From Clostridiales bacterium (GTDB taxonomy: Bacteria; Bacillota; Clostridia; Saccharofermentanales; Saccharofermentanaceae), in the NCBI GenBank assembly GCA_017513085.1, contig JAFWDK010000019.1, positions 160,001 through 224,000 on the forward strand: a stretch of 64,000 bases of DNA. Direction: 5' to 3'. A model generated the notes under the pieces. The model saw only the letters and a program-made list of their open reading frames with translations, was not told the origin of the DNA and ran no database searches. Position numbers and translations under genes: made by a program. Below, one piece after another: positions 63,172 to 64,000 of this stretch. Each line of letters begins with the position of its first letter. The first letter of the stretch is position 1.

Positions 63172-63356
63172 TTTTCCTATTCTCCTTTTTCCGATGATAC
63201 ACATCGATAGTAGTATACAACATTCTAAATACTTTATTATGGCTTTTTCGCAAATTTAGATCCGATCAGGCTAAGTCACACTTTTTCTGACCGGCAAGTG
63301 ACAGAATACTCACCTTAACGTCATTTCACAGTCATCGTAAGATGCGACAATAAACT

Positions 63357-63573
63357 TGTCAGAGGGCGATGGCACAGCCGAACACCAAGTAACCCAATTT
63401 CCCGAACCCTCTGGCAGGGGCTTCCCCCTCCATAATATCTTCTATTTTATTTCATATCGTGGAGGCGGATCGGAAAGATCCGCTTCCACCCCCCTCCTTA
63501 CAATTACCCCTCCATGCTAACCATAGTTCGTAGGAAAAAGCACTTTTCAGTACTTTTTCCTACGATTTTTTCT
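63357..63573 (+). ncRNA. Candidate structured small RNA
   Basis: Three stem-loops, with G-U pairs favouring the + strand; last stem followed by a T-run; three CCCCTCC motifs between the stems. Confidence 0.4.
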
Positions 63574-63683
63574 TCAAGAGCTCTGCAAAATACGGTGACA
63601 AAACACTCACTCAATTTTTTTATACAAAAGCTACAATAGGGGCAAAACCAACCAAAAACAGAATTGACAATAGGAGGTCGACA

Positions 63684-64000
63684 ATGAAGAAAGTGATAAA
63701 GAGTTTACTGGCTGCGGCTGTTGTGACAGGAATGGTCATTCCGTTTACGGCTTGCAGTTCCAAAGAAAAGGGAAGCAACGCCGGTTCTTCCGGAAGCAAT
63801 AGCGGAAATACGAACACAAGCATCGCAGGCGCAATCAAACCGAAGGCCGGAAAGGCCCGCATTGTCAGTGATACCGACCCGTACTTCAACGTAACCGAAG
63901 CGGAACTGAAAGTTAAGGTGCCGGAAGGCAAAGAGATCCTCTACACAGAATTCACCAATACCTACGCTGTCGGAGACAGGATCCTGGCCAATGTACACAT
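63684..64000 (+). CDS. Lipoprotein, N-terminal part (possibly solute-binding; runs off the window edge)
   Basis: AGGAGG RBS; MKKVIKSLLAAAVVTGMVIPFTAC lipobox; frame stays open to the window end. Confidence 0.8.
   Translation, partial: MKKVIKSLLAAAVVTGMVIPFTACSSKEKGSNAGSSGSNSGNTNTSIAGAIKPKAGKARIVSDTDPYFNVTEAELKVKVPEGKEILYTEFTNTYAVGDRILANVH

Overview
Chromosomal core region of an anaerobic Clostridia-class Firmicute. DUF4214 proteins, Pro/Thr-linker secreted proteins and the lipoprotein style suggest a rumen Saccharofermentans-like organism (inference). Most genes lie on the minus strand. In order: partial metK under a SAM-I riboswitch; a compact Tad/Flp pilus locus with a TadB-TadC fusion; a three-gene operon of large secreted modular proteins (a DUF4214/PASTA protein plus two proteins sharing an uncharacterised N-terminal module); an F1Fo ATP synthase operon in which the C-terminal domain of delta is fused to alpha; upp, rpiB, proA; an intergenic DnaA-box cluster; an RNA methyltransferase; a highly degenerate Rnf-like operon directly downstream of rpoD; tRNA deaminase tadA; addAB; a lipid gene cluster (acyl-CoA ligase, plsC, DAG-kinase family, ACP, MarR) interrupted by an LRR/Ig surface protein; the TIGR03960/TIGR03936 radical-SAM pair; pgi; a two-component system facing an ABC exporter; membrane proteins; an M1 peptidase lipoprotein; and a candidate structured sRNA with repeated anti-Shine-Dalgarno motifs. 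The most striking item is the Rnf-like operon: rnfC, rnfD, a two-domain rnfG-like gene and an rnfE-rnfA fusion, with no rnfB and with most flavinylation and membrane Fe-S motifs lost. No tRNA, rRNA, CRISPR array or mobile element was seen. All family assignments come from motif recognition by eye, not from database searches.
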